From IMG/VR virus record IMGVR_UViG_3300022690_000584: a DNA stretch of 47,488 bases; one strand, written 5' to 3'. Of the stretch, positions 34,901-42,472 are shown one piece after another (position 1 is the stretch's first letter; every line of letters begins with the position of its first letter). Source of the stretch: a virus. The notes beneath the pieces were generated by a model. It did not search any database and had not been told where the DNA came from. It saw only the letters and a list, made by a program, of their open reading frames with translations. Position numbers and translations under genes: made by a program.

Positions 34901-36351
34901 ATCAACACCCCCAATTTAGGATTAATCGTTATATCATTGCCAATACAGACACACAAATTCAACTTCTCACAAGCTGGCAATACATTCTCGCGCAAGTAAC
35001 CTGACAACTTGGCACGCCCTTTAAATATAGGTTTATGCTTCACCAGGTCACGAATAGCTGTAACCGAAACTTGATTTTTATTCTTACTTAGGAACTTTTT
35101 AAACTGCTTAACCATTTCCTCAATTTCTGATTTGTCGCCGATAAAACCTTGGCTATCAGCAGTGGTTATATACATTTTTATCAACTGTTTGTATATTTTA
35201 ATTGCCCATTTTACAGAGCTTTCTTCAACAACTAAAGGTGTTAATTTACCCCAGTTTTCAATGACATGAAGGACACAAGATATTTTCATTACCTGCTTAT
35301 CCATCTTACCAACTGCGCCACGCAACATGTTGTTTGAGTACATACCACCGTCTTTCAAATGTGGTTCAATTTTAGTCTTGTTTACCTTGATTGCATGAAT
35401 AGCTTTATCAGAAAATGTGAATACAGTTTTATCGGAAAACACTAATTTATTAATCAACATGATGTATTTTTTTTGTATGGCTTTATCGCATGGAAAGAAA
35501 TTCATGTGATCACGTTCGCCAAAAAGGTTATCTTCCCGGTAAAACAAAAATCGTTCACTTACACCGTTACCCCGAGAACCTGCAGCCAAAATGATTGGCA
35601 ATGTTTCATCCTGGGCAATAACAGCAATCGAACCCCTGACATAACCCTCGCCTGATTTACGTGAAACACGGTTAGAGGAAAGCCAATCACCATCCCAAGA
35701 TTGCAATATTATATCTGCATTGGTTACTGAATTTTCACTGTAAATATTTCCAATAACAACATTTATTGCCCCGGCTTCATCACTGATAATGTTCCAGGTA
35801 TTGTTTTGCTTAAATGCCAGGTCTTCCAGCGCTTCTGGAGTGGTGTTACTCACAGCGTATTTATAAATAGGTGTTTCTTCAAGCTTTTCAATAGAATCAA
35901 CCAAGTCATTAGTTAACGAGTCAATTTCTAAGTCTAGCTCAGCCCCCTTTAAGTCCTTCTTTAATACCTCAATCGTGCTTTCAAGTTTATTACGTTTACC
36001 TTGCTGTTTCTTATTAAAATCAGTAAAGGCATTACGGACAGGGTTTACGTAAAAGCTATTAATTCCTGATTTACCGGTAGACGGTGGCTGAGCAGTTATT
36101 ATGTATAAGTTCACAGGGGAATCGTTCCCGTGATACTCATAACTAAACGATTTAGTCATAGCCGATGCAATTACACCAAGACCATGAACAAATGCAGTAT
36201 TAACCGGGAATTGTATTTGTGTCGCTATTTGCTGGGCAAACAGTGTTAACAAATCCTTCCTTTTAAAATCCACAACCTGTATGTGCTCTTTAGGTGCGGT
36301 GTCAGAATCTTCTGGCATTATCGGTTCAGGCCATTCTTTTTGTTGTTCCAT
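34897..36351 (-). CDS. DUF3987-type P-loop ATPase (putative replicative helicase or primase partner)
   Basis: P-loop QPPSTGKSG. 484 aa, adjacent to the primase. The family is recognised from memory only. Confidence 0.5.
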   Translation of the reverse strand: MEQQKEWPEPIMPEDSDTAPKEHIQVVDFKRKDLLTLFAQQIATQIQFPVNTAFVHGLGVIASAMTKSFSYEYHGNDSPVNLYIITAQPPSTGKSGINSFYVNPVRNAFTDFNKKQQGKRNKLESTIEVLKKDLKGAELDLEIDSLTNDLVDSIEKLEETPIYKYAVSNTTPEALEDLAFKQNNTWNIISDEAGAINVVIGNIYSENSVTNADIILQSWDGDWLSSNRVSRKSGEGYVRGSIAVIAQDETLPIILAAGSRGNGVSERFLFYREDNLFGERDHMNFFPCDKAIQKKYIMLINKLVFSDKTVFTFSDKAIHAIKVNKTKIEPHLKDGGMYSNNMLRGAVGKMDKQVMKISCVLHVIENWGKLTPLVVEESSVKWAIKIYKQLIKMYITTADSQGFIGDKSEIEEMVKQFKKFLSKNKNQVSVTAIRDLVKHKPIFKGRAKLSGYLRENVLPACEKLNLCVCIGNDITINPKLGVLI

Positions 36352-36360
36352 GTAAACCCC

Positions 36361-36591
36361 TTACTTGGCTCTTAGAACTTGAACGGCTTTTGTGCCATCT
36401 GCCTTTTTTACTGTTGCAACCTGAAATGAAACGTTCGATTTTGCTTCATATGTCCTGGCCGCTACCGCTATTTTTTTAACATCACAATCGTTAAACCCAT
36501 CAGGTAATTCTATGCCTTTACCAACTTCTAACTCATTAAATGGCCATTTTTTACGCGTTGGTTTAAATTCTTCCTTTGATATGAATTTCAT
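36361..36591 (-). CDS. Hypothetical small protein, first gene of the leftward operon
   Basis: Start placed at 36591 because the predicted leftward promoter (36623-36651) overlaps the longer ORF form that starts at 36651. Confidence 0.45.
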   Translation of the reverse strand: MKFISKEEFKPTRKKWPFNELEVGKGIELPDGFNDCDVKKIAVAARTYEAKSNVSFQVATVKKADGTKAVQVLRAK

Positions 36592-36622
36592 TATAAACAC
36601 TCTATTTTTACAAGGAATACAT

Positions 36623-36651
36623 AGATTACACATGTTAAACGTAATTGTCAA
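36623..36651 (-). promoter_or_regulatory. Leftward sigma70-like promoter
   Basis: On the minus strand: TTGACA (36651-36646), 17-nt spacer, TAATCT (36628-36623). The spacer contains one copy of the TAAACGTAAT motif. Confidence 0.5.
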
Positions 36652-36675
36652 ATACAGGCAATTTTGGTGGTTTTC

Positions 36676-36960
36676 GTGGGAAAAGTGGGAAATAGGAAAA
36701 AAATAGGAAAACTTTTCCCAGTCTGTAGACTATGCTATCACTGGTCTAAGGTCGATTATGGGAAAATAGGAAGAAGTCGCCCCTCTCCCTCCATATAAAT
36801 ATAAATCTGTAACCACCCCTCTATATAAAAATTTATTATTTATTTATATTATTATAATTAGATAGATTTTTTTCCTATTTTCCTATTTGGTACTAAACCC
36901 TTATATGGTACGGGTTGTAGGATGGGAAAAAAATTCCCATATTTTCCTATTGTGGGAAAG
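36676..36960. repeat. Iteron-like array (GGGAAA / TAGGAAAA units in both orientations) flanking an AT-rich core; candidate replication origin or regulatory hub
   Basis: GTGGGAAAA 36676, GTGGGAAATAGGAAAA 36685-36700, TAGGAAAA 36704, TTTTCCCA 36713, TGGGAAAATAGGAAG 36759-36773, TTCCTATTTTCCTATTT 36872-36888, ATGGGAA-aaaaa-TTCCCAT 36922-36940, TTTTCCTATT 36942, GTGGGAAAG 36952. Confidence 0.55.
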
Positions 36961-37044
36961 TTGTAAATAGTTAAATGTAATGGTTGTAATTGGTAGTTAA
37001 ACGTAATAGTATTTGGTTAGTTAAATTAATTAGGACGGAAAATC

Positions 37045-37311
37045 ATGAAATACAGTAAAGGTGACTTGGTTATATCCACAAAGAAAAAAATTGAATGGCT
37101 TGGTAAACATCAACCAGAATTTTTGTTGTGTGAAAAAGGGGACAGGTTAAAAATACTTAAATGCTTTCCTAAAGACGGTTTTCCAAATCATGGTGTTGAT
37201 AGTTATTCAGTTCAAGATGAAGAATCTGTTTATGGTGATTTCTTTATGGAAGAAACCGATCTTGAACAACCAGTTGATAACAATGACGGTCCATCAGAAA
37301 TTAAGGAATAG
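37045..37311 (+). CDS. Hypothetical protein with an acidic C-terminus, first rightward gene
   Basis: GGACGGAAAA upstream of the ATG. The C-terminal third is rich in Asp/Glu. Confidence 0.55.
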   Translation: MKYSKGDLVISTKKKIEWLGKHQPEFLLCEKGDRLKILKCFPKDGFPNHGVDSYSVQDEESVYGDFFMEETDLEQPVDNNDGPSEIKE

Positions 37312-37312
37312 C

Positions 37313-37588
37313 ATGAATAACACAATCGGAACAGAGCAATTAAAACCTATTGTTTGGATGAAGCCTGATGTTTTACCTGATAAACCAGTCGACGGAGAAG
37401 ATGCTAAGCAATGTTGGGTAGCATTCGATGTGAAACATTTAAAAGAACCAGATATATTTTTAGCTAAATTTGAATGGGGTGATTGGTATTTTGAAGGGGA
37501 TTGCTTGATTAATTCTGCATGGGGTGAACTGTTAGCCTGGGCTGAATATACCCCGCCGACTTTTCAGGAGCTATTGACTGATGACTGA
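37313..37588 (+). CDS. Hypothetical protein
   Basis: Start placed at the internal ATG (37313), which has AAGGAA upstream. The longer ORF form (37190) overlaps the previous gene. Confidence 0.5.
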   Translation: MNNTIGTEQLKPIVWMKPDVLPDKPVDGEDAKQCWVAFDVKHLKEPDIFLAKFEWGDWYFEGDCLINSAWGELLAWAEYTPPTFQELLTDD

Positions 37589-37751
37589 CATATTTATATA
37601 TTTTATGATTGCGTATTTTATTTTGTCTTGGAAAGACTCAGTGGTTTACAGATACAAAATAGCGTACTACGAAGTAAAACTTAAAAATTTGGGTGTTGAT
37701 ATTACTCATGTTGAAAACATTACGATTATAGGGGTTTTTACTGATGACTAA
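37581..37751 (+). CDS. Small hypothetical membrane protein (56 aa, below the ORF-track cutoff)
   Basis: Read manually: MTDIFIYFMIAYFILSWKDSVVYRYKIAYYEVKLKNLGVDITHVENITIIGVFTDD. It fills the 37589-37743 gap and overlaps both neighbours by 8 nt. Confidence 0.45.
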   Translation: MTDIFIYFMIAYFILSWKDSVVYRYKIAYYEVKLKNLGVDITHVENITIIGVFTDD

Positions 37752-38067
37752 GGCAATTAAAATAGAAAACTGTCAGACTTGCCCGCATGAAGGTAAATGC
37801 AAAGCATGGACATCACTATCAAAAAGTCAACGAGTTCAATTAGCAATAGGAAATAATACGCCACATGAATTCATACTTGCCAAGTGTCATTTAGATGATG
37901 AATTGAAATCGGAATTATCAGAATATTTATTATCAGATGATTATATAAACTTACTTGAACGTGCAATATTATCAAGATACGGAACATCATCAAACAATAA
38001 AGTGAAACATCACAGAGTTATAAATATGATCGAAAAGTTTAAACTTGATAACAAAGAAGGTAAGTAA
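37744..38067 (+). CDS. Hypothetical Cys-containing protein
   Basis: CQTCPHEGKC near the N-terminus. Coupled to its neighbours. Confidence 0.5.
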   Translation: MTKAIKIENCQTCPHEGKCKAWTSLSKSQRVQLAIGNNTPHEFILAKCHLDDELKSELSEYLLSDDYINLLERAILSRYGTSSNNKVKHHRVINMIEKFKLDNKEGK

Positions 38068-38273
38068 TGATGCGTGAATTAACCGATTTAGAAATTTGTG
38101 AAAAGATGACTGTGATAACAATTAAAAACACGACTTTTACATACAAAAACAGCAAAGTTGCATTTGTTTGGACTAGTAGTGAAAAGTCGTCAAAGTGCTC
38201 TTGTGGTGAAGAGTGGGAGCCAGTTAACGTCAATGATAACAGGTGTAAGAAATGTAATGGTGCAGGCTTATGA
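38067..38273 (+). CDS. Hypothetical zinc-ribbon-like mini-protein
   Basis: CSCG...CKKC. TAATG overlap with the upstream gene. Confidence 0.5.
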   Translation: MMRELTDLEICEKMTVITIKNTTFTYKNSKVAFVWTSSEKSSKCSCGEEWEPVNVNDNRCKKCNGAGL

Positions 38274-38479
38274 ACATACCAGACAATTTAAGCGCACAAG
38301 ATGACCCTGCTAGTGATGGTGATGCTTTGGTTGTTATTTGTGATCAGGGTGGATGTATGAATTCAATTACTATAGATGATGCTAGCAAAAGTGATGAGCT
38401 TGAATGTCACGGCGGCGTTACTTGTAGTTATTGTGTCGGTGAGAATATTAAGTTCCTTTTTGATAATTACGACAAATAA
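38270..38479 (+). CDS. Hypothetical acidic Cys-containing mini-protein
   Basis: ATGA overlap with the upstream gene. ECHGGVTCSYC motif. Confidence 0.5.
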   Translation: MNIPDNLSAQDDPASDGDALVVICDQGGCMNSITIDDASKSDELECHGGVTCSYCVGENIKFLFDNYDK

Positions 38480-38539
38480 GGTAGACATAACCAATTTTAA
38501 TGATAGTATACGCGCCTTTTAAAACACGAGGGAACAAAA

Positions 38540-39154
38540 ATGTTCAAATCAATTATTATTAATTCTTTACTGGCTTTAACTCTAACGGCTTGTACCAATG
38601 CAAACAGCGCGATGCAAATATCACATCGTGGTTATGATGAAAACAAAATATCCGGGTTTATCGAGGCAGTCTTTGACGGGTTTGATTACCTTGAAACTGA
38701 TGTAAGACTACGTAATGGTGAGATTGTTTTACTTCATGATGATGTTGCATGTAGTGATTGCGATAAGTTATCTACGTTGCTTAGCTTTGCCCGGCATTAC
38801 AATGTGACCGTATTTATTGAAGTCAAAGAGTATGAGGCTATCGAAAAAACTGTAGAAATTGTTAATAGATATGATGATGTAATACTTATTTCATTCGATA
38901 CCAAAACATTAATTAAGCTTAATTCTATGACAAATTATCCTCTTGGCCTGGTGACTAGTGATGCTAAAAATGTTGATGAAGTGTCTAGCATTATCGATTG
39001 GGTATTTATCAGCAAGAACTATGTCGATAACTGTGTTAGCTATTTAAAGTGTGCTGCCTGGACTATATCCAATGATGCAGACCTTGATTTAGTTAATTCT
39101 AAGTTTGGTTTTGCTGGGCCGCTTGTTGATGCTTTTGTTATGGACCGGTGGTAA
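38540..39154 (+). CDS. Secreted lipoprotein glycerophosphodiester phosphodiesterase (GDPD family)
   Basis: Lipobox LTLTAC after a hydrophobic leader. GDPD motifs ISHRGYDEN and YLETDVRLRNGEIVLLHDD. GAGGGAA upstream of the ATG. Confidence 0.8.
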   Translation: MFKSIIINSLLALTLTACTNANSAMQISHRGYDENKISGFIEAVFDGFDYLETDVRLRNGEIVLLHDDVACSDCDKLSTLLSFARHYNVTVFIEVKEYEAIEKTVEIVNRYDDVILISFDTKTLIKLNSMTNYPLGLVTSDAKNVDEVSSIIDWVFISKNYVDNCVSYLKCAAWTISNDADLDLVNSKFGFAGPLVDAFVMDRW

Positions 39155-39156
39155 TT

Positions 39157-39357
39157 ATGGATGGTAATGATGAATTGTTAGATGATTTTATATTTGACCA
39201 TGAATCCCTACTTGTAGAACGTGTCACTAAGTTTGATTTAATAAAAAAAGATCAGTCACATGAGAGTAGGGTTAATGCGTTGTGCGATTCATTATGTACA
39301 GAAAAGAGCGGCTATAAATTTACAAAATGGATACGTGATATAATGGGTCAAATTTAA
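39157..39357 (+). CDS. Hypothetical acidic protein
   Basis: ATG at 39157 is preferred to the GTG at 39148. Confidence 0.45.
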   Translation: MDGNDELLDDFIFDHESLLVERVTKFDLIKKDQSHESRVNALCDSLCTEKSGYKFTKWIRDIMGQI

Positions 39358-39361
39358 TTGA

Positions 39362-39787
39362 ATGGTTAGTGTTATGGGTAAGTTCGGTAGACCAACAATT
39401 TATACTAATGAAATGCTTGAAAAAGCGTTCGAGTATATAGGGTTGTTCGACTTAAGGCAGGGCGAAAGAGAATGCAACGTTGACCAGGAAATTATCCCTA
39501 CTGTAGTTGGTTTATGTCGATATATTGATCGCTCAAAGTCAACCGTATACTCATGGCTTAAAGATGAAGATAAAGGCGACTTTCTGGACATTGTTAGCGC
39601 ATTAGAGGAAAGTCAACACATCTCTTTAGTTTCTGGAGGCCTTTCTGGCGGGTACAACCCCATGATAACTAAGCTTATTCTATACAAGCATGGTTACTCT
39701 GAAAAAATGGAAGTTGATAATACTTCTAGTGATGGGTCACATAAAGGCTTTAATTCGTTTTACGATAAGGATGAAGGAGATGGTTAA
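39362..39787 (+). CDS. Putative terminase small subunit
   Basis: N-terminal GRPTIYTNEMLEKAFEYI resembles the GRP.kyt.e motif of small terminases. It lies upstream of the large subunit. Confidence 0.55.
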   Translation: MVSVMGKFGRPTIYTNEMLEKAFEYIGLFDLRQGERECNVDQEIIPTVVGLCRYIDRSKSTVYSWLKDEDKGDFLDIVSALEESQHISLVSGGLSGGYNPMITKLILYKHGYSEKMEVDNTSSDGSHKGFNSFYDKDEGDG

Positions 39788-40064
39788 AATATTAATTGGC
39801 GGTCGTGGATCAAGTAAAAGACCAGAGGTAAGGTTTAAATCTGGTGCATATGTTGATTGGAATGAATTAGATGATGTTGGTTCTGTGGTTGGCTTGAAAC
39901 CAGAATGGGCTACGCACATTTCACAAACTCGTGCTGGTGATATGGTTTGGCTTAATACCGATAACGGCAAGACGAAATTTATAAATAGCGATAGAGTCGT
40001 TGAGCTGCCGTTGAGTAATTACTTGTTTAGAAGGAGTAAGCCAATACCGGAAAGCTGGAATTAA
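39780..40064 (+). CDS. Hypothetical protein between the terminase subunits
   Basis: Start placed at 39780, which has AGGAGA upstream. The N-terminus VKILIGGRGSSK echoes the TerL Walker A segment. Confidence 0.5.
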   Translation: MVKILIGGRGSSKRPEVRFKSGAYVDWNELDDVGSVVGLKPEWATHISQTRAGDMVWLNTDNGKTKFINSDRVVELPLSNYLFRRSKPIPESWN

Positions 40065-41458
40065 TGGCCTCGTTAAACCCAAATCTAAAATCATTCTGGA
40101 AAACAAAAGCTGATGTAAAAGTATTAAAAGGCGGTCGTGCAAGCTCTAAAACATGGGACTGTGCAGGATTCGCCATTTTTTTGGCGTCTAGGTATAAAGT
40201 TAAATTCCTATGCATGCGCCAATACCAAAATAAAATCAAAGAATCTGTCTATGCAATACTGAAAATTCAAATCGAACGTTTCGGACTTTCCGAAGAGTTC
40301 GAAGTTTTAGCATCTGAAATAAAGCATAGAACCACTGGTTCATCGTTTCACTTCTACGGTATACATCGTGACATTGCTGAGATAAAAGGCTTTGAGGGTG
40401 CTGACATTGGATGGATTGAAGAGGGTGAAGGTCTAACTAAAGATCAATGGACAGTTATTGAACCAACAATACGCGCAGAGGGTGCGGAGTGCTGGATACT
40501 GTACAACCCAAGGTTAGTCAGTGATTACGTTGAGACATTCAAGCATGACCTTGATAACGGCGTCCTTGTTCGCCAAATAAACTACGATGAAAACCCATTC
40601 CTATCAAATACCATGCTTCGTAAAATAGCCAGGATGAAAGACCAGGACTATGAAGAGTACGAACACATTTATCTTGGCATACCAAAAGCCGATGATGATG
40701 ATGTGGTTATTAAAAGGTCCTGGATAGAAGCCGCTATTGATGCTCATATTAAGTTAGGAATTGAACCATCAGGCAGTCATAGGATAGGATTCGACGTTGC
40801 TGATGGTGGTAAGGATTTATGCTCACAGATACATGCGCATGGGATAGTTGCCTTATGGGGTGAGCACTGGAAAGCTAAAGAGGATGAGCTAGATGAAAGT
40901 TGTGCAAGGGTTTACAATCGCGCTTTTGGTTTTAATGCTGAGATTGATTATGATTCTATTGGTGTTGGTGCTGGTTGCGGTCCATTGTTTAGAAAGCTTA
41001 ATGAATCTCGTCAGCATGAAAATGGCTACATTCAGGTCAAATACAAAAAATTCATAGCCGGCGCTGGCGTTATCGACCCTGGCGGGTATTACATTGATGC
41101 CGGAGATGAAAAGACAACCAATAAAGATTTCTTCGAAAACCTAAAGGCTCAATCATGGTGGATGGTGGCTGATAGGTTTAGAAACACTTACAATGCGGTA
41201 ATAAAAGGCACTGCGTTTGACGAATCTGAACTTATTAGTATTAGCTCTGATATGGCAAACTTAGGAAATTTGGTTACTGAGCTTTCGACGCCTAGAAGAA
41301 GATTTAGCAAATCCGGTAAAGTTATGGTTGAAAGTAAGGAAGAATTGAAGAAACGTGAAGTGGATTCCCCCAATGATGCAGATGCATTTATTAATGCTTT
41401 CTCACCCAAAGAGAGTAACGGCGCCATGGACTTAATGTTTCAGTCTAATTTGAATTAA
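40064..41458 (+). CDS. terL: Terminase large subunit
   Basis: Walker A-like VLKGGRASSKTW, Walker B IGWIEEGE, and a C-terminal nuclease-like half (GFDVADGG...). Confidence 0.9.
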   Translation: MASLNPNLKSFWKTKADVKVLKGGRASSKTWDCAGFAIFLASRYKVKFLCMRQYQNKIKESVYAILKIQIERFGLSEEFEVLASEIKHRTTGSSFHFYGIHRDIAEIKGFEGADIGWIEEGEGLTKDQWTVIEPTIRAEGAECWILYNPRLVSDYVETFKHDLDNGVLVRQINYDENPFLSNTMLRKIARMKDQDYEEYEHIYLGIPKADDDDVVIKRSWIEAAIDAHIKLGIEPSGSHRIGFDVADGGKDLCSQIHAHGIVALWGEHWKAKEDELDESCARVYNRAFGFNAEIDYDSIGVGAGCGPLFRKLNESRQHENGYIQVKYKKFIAGAGVIDPGGYYIDAGDEKTTNKDFFENLKAQSWWMVADRFRNTYNAVIKGTAFDESELISISSDMANLGNLVTELSTPRRRFSKSGKVMVESKEELKKREVDSPNDADAFINAFSPKESNGAMDLMFQSNLN

Positions 41459-41480
41459 AGCCGCTGTTGCGGCTTTGTTT
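41458..41480. terminator. Rho-independent (bidirectional-type) terminator
   Basis: AAGCCGC-tgtt-GCGGCTT followed by TGTTT, between convergent genes. Confidence 0.7.
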
Positions 41481-41483
41481 AGC

Positions 41484-41672
41484 TTAACGATGACTTACAT
41501 CACCGTTAACTGTAAAATTTATATTTCCAGTTAATTCGATATTTCCAGTTAATTCTACATCTTGAACAACCCCGTCAATAATTACCTTTCCATCTGTAAT
41601 TAACACGTTATTACCTCGAAAGTTTTTACCATCGATAACAACCGTTCCTGGGTCGTTCATTGTTAATTTCAT
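41484..41672 (-). CDS. Small beta-helix-repeat protein (bactofilin-like pattern)
   Basis: Periodic G/V/I/N pattern (VVIDGKNFRGNNVLITDGKVIIDGVVQDVELTGNIELTGNINFTVNGDV). AAGGAAA upstream of the ATG. Confidence 0.4.
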   Translation of the reverse strand: MKLTMNDPGTVVIDGKNFRGNNVLITDGKVIIDGVVQDVELTGNIELTGNINFTVNGDVSHR

Positions 41673-41715
41673 GTTATTTCCTTTTAATACGCCCTTGCGG
41701 GCTGTTTGTTTGGTT

Positions 41716-42444
41716 TTATTTATTTATAACAACCAGCATAGTTGAAATATTAGTTCCGCTCTCTTTAAATGCACCTTGTGGTATTTCTTCAGTATATGAA
41801 TCAACAGAACTTAACCATTCGCGGAATGATATTTGTTTTTTCTGACTTCCATGGACCCAGCTTTTACTCATAATAGAAACAAGTAAGCCACCTTCATGTA
41901 AAAACTTGTACATGTGCAATACGTGATCAACATCCTGATTTTTTGTAAATGGCGGATTTGCCACTATCCTTTTATATTTTATATGTTCTTCCGGATTAAT
42001 ATTAAGAAAATCTAACGGTGTTAATTCTTTTTCATATTTTCTATTTAACACTTTTATGTTTTCTGGCATTAATTCGATCATACTAGCGTGAGCGCCAAGC
42101 TCAACAATTCCATCAACAATAGCCCCTTGTCCTGCGCTAGGCTCAAGAACTAACATATCAGAATGAATACAAGCATGATTCATTAGTAAATCAACAACAC
42201 CTGAAGGAGTAGGGAAAAATTGAAACTTCTTTTTATCGTTAATTACTTCACCACCGACAAGCCTAGACTGTACAATAGATGCATCTTCAGAGAACTCAAA
42301 CCCACATTTTTTATACTTTCCACCAGCAGTAATTAAACATTTCTTTACCTGACTATAGTTATCAAACTGTTCATCTTTAGGTAATTCCAAACGATTACCA
42401 TTAACTGTCATTTTTTTTATTGAATTTATTAAATCTTCTTTCAC
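41716..42444 (-). CDS. SAM-dependent DNA N6-adenine methyltransferase
   Basis: Motif I VLEPSAGQGAI and motif IV IVANPPF. Confidence 0.75.
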   Translation of the reverse strand: MKEDLINSIKKMTVNGNRLELPKDEQFDNYSQVKKCLITAGGKYKKCGFEFSEDASIVQSRLVGGEVINDKKKFQFFPTPSGVVDLLMNHACIHSDMLVLEPSAGQGAIVDGIVELGAHASMIELMPENIKVLNRKYEKELTPLDFLNINPEEHIKYKRIVANPPFTKNQDVDHVLHMYKFLHEGGLLVSIMSKSWVHGSQKKQISFREWLSSVDSYTEEIPQGAFKESGTNISTMLVVINK

Positions 42445-42472
42445 GGTATTTCCTTTTTAATTATCTCGTTTC

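Noticed and set aside
36592-36651. N-terminal 20-aa extension of the first leftward gene (start at 36651)
   Set aside because: The extension overlaps the predicted TTGACA-17-TAATCT leftward promoter, so it would lie upstream of the transcription start.
36676-36960. A CRISPR-like array
   Set aside because: The repeats are only 7-15 nt, irregularly spaced and in both orientations. No spacer-sized unique segments or cas genes are present.
39690-39779. Longer form of the ORF between the terminase genes (start at 39690), and 37190-37312 for the second rightward gene
   Set aside because: The longer forms overlap the preceding genes by 90-120 nt, while internal ATGs with good SD sequences (AGGAGA, AAGGAA) sit exactly at the preceding stop codons.
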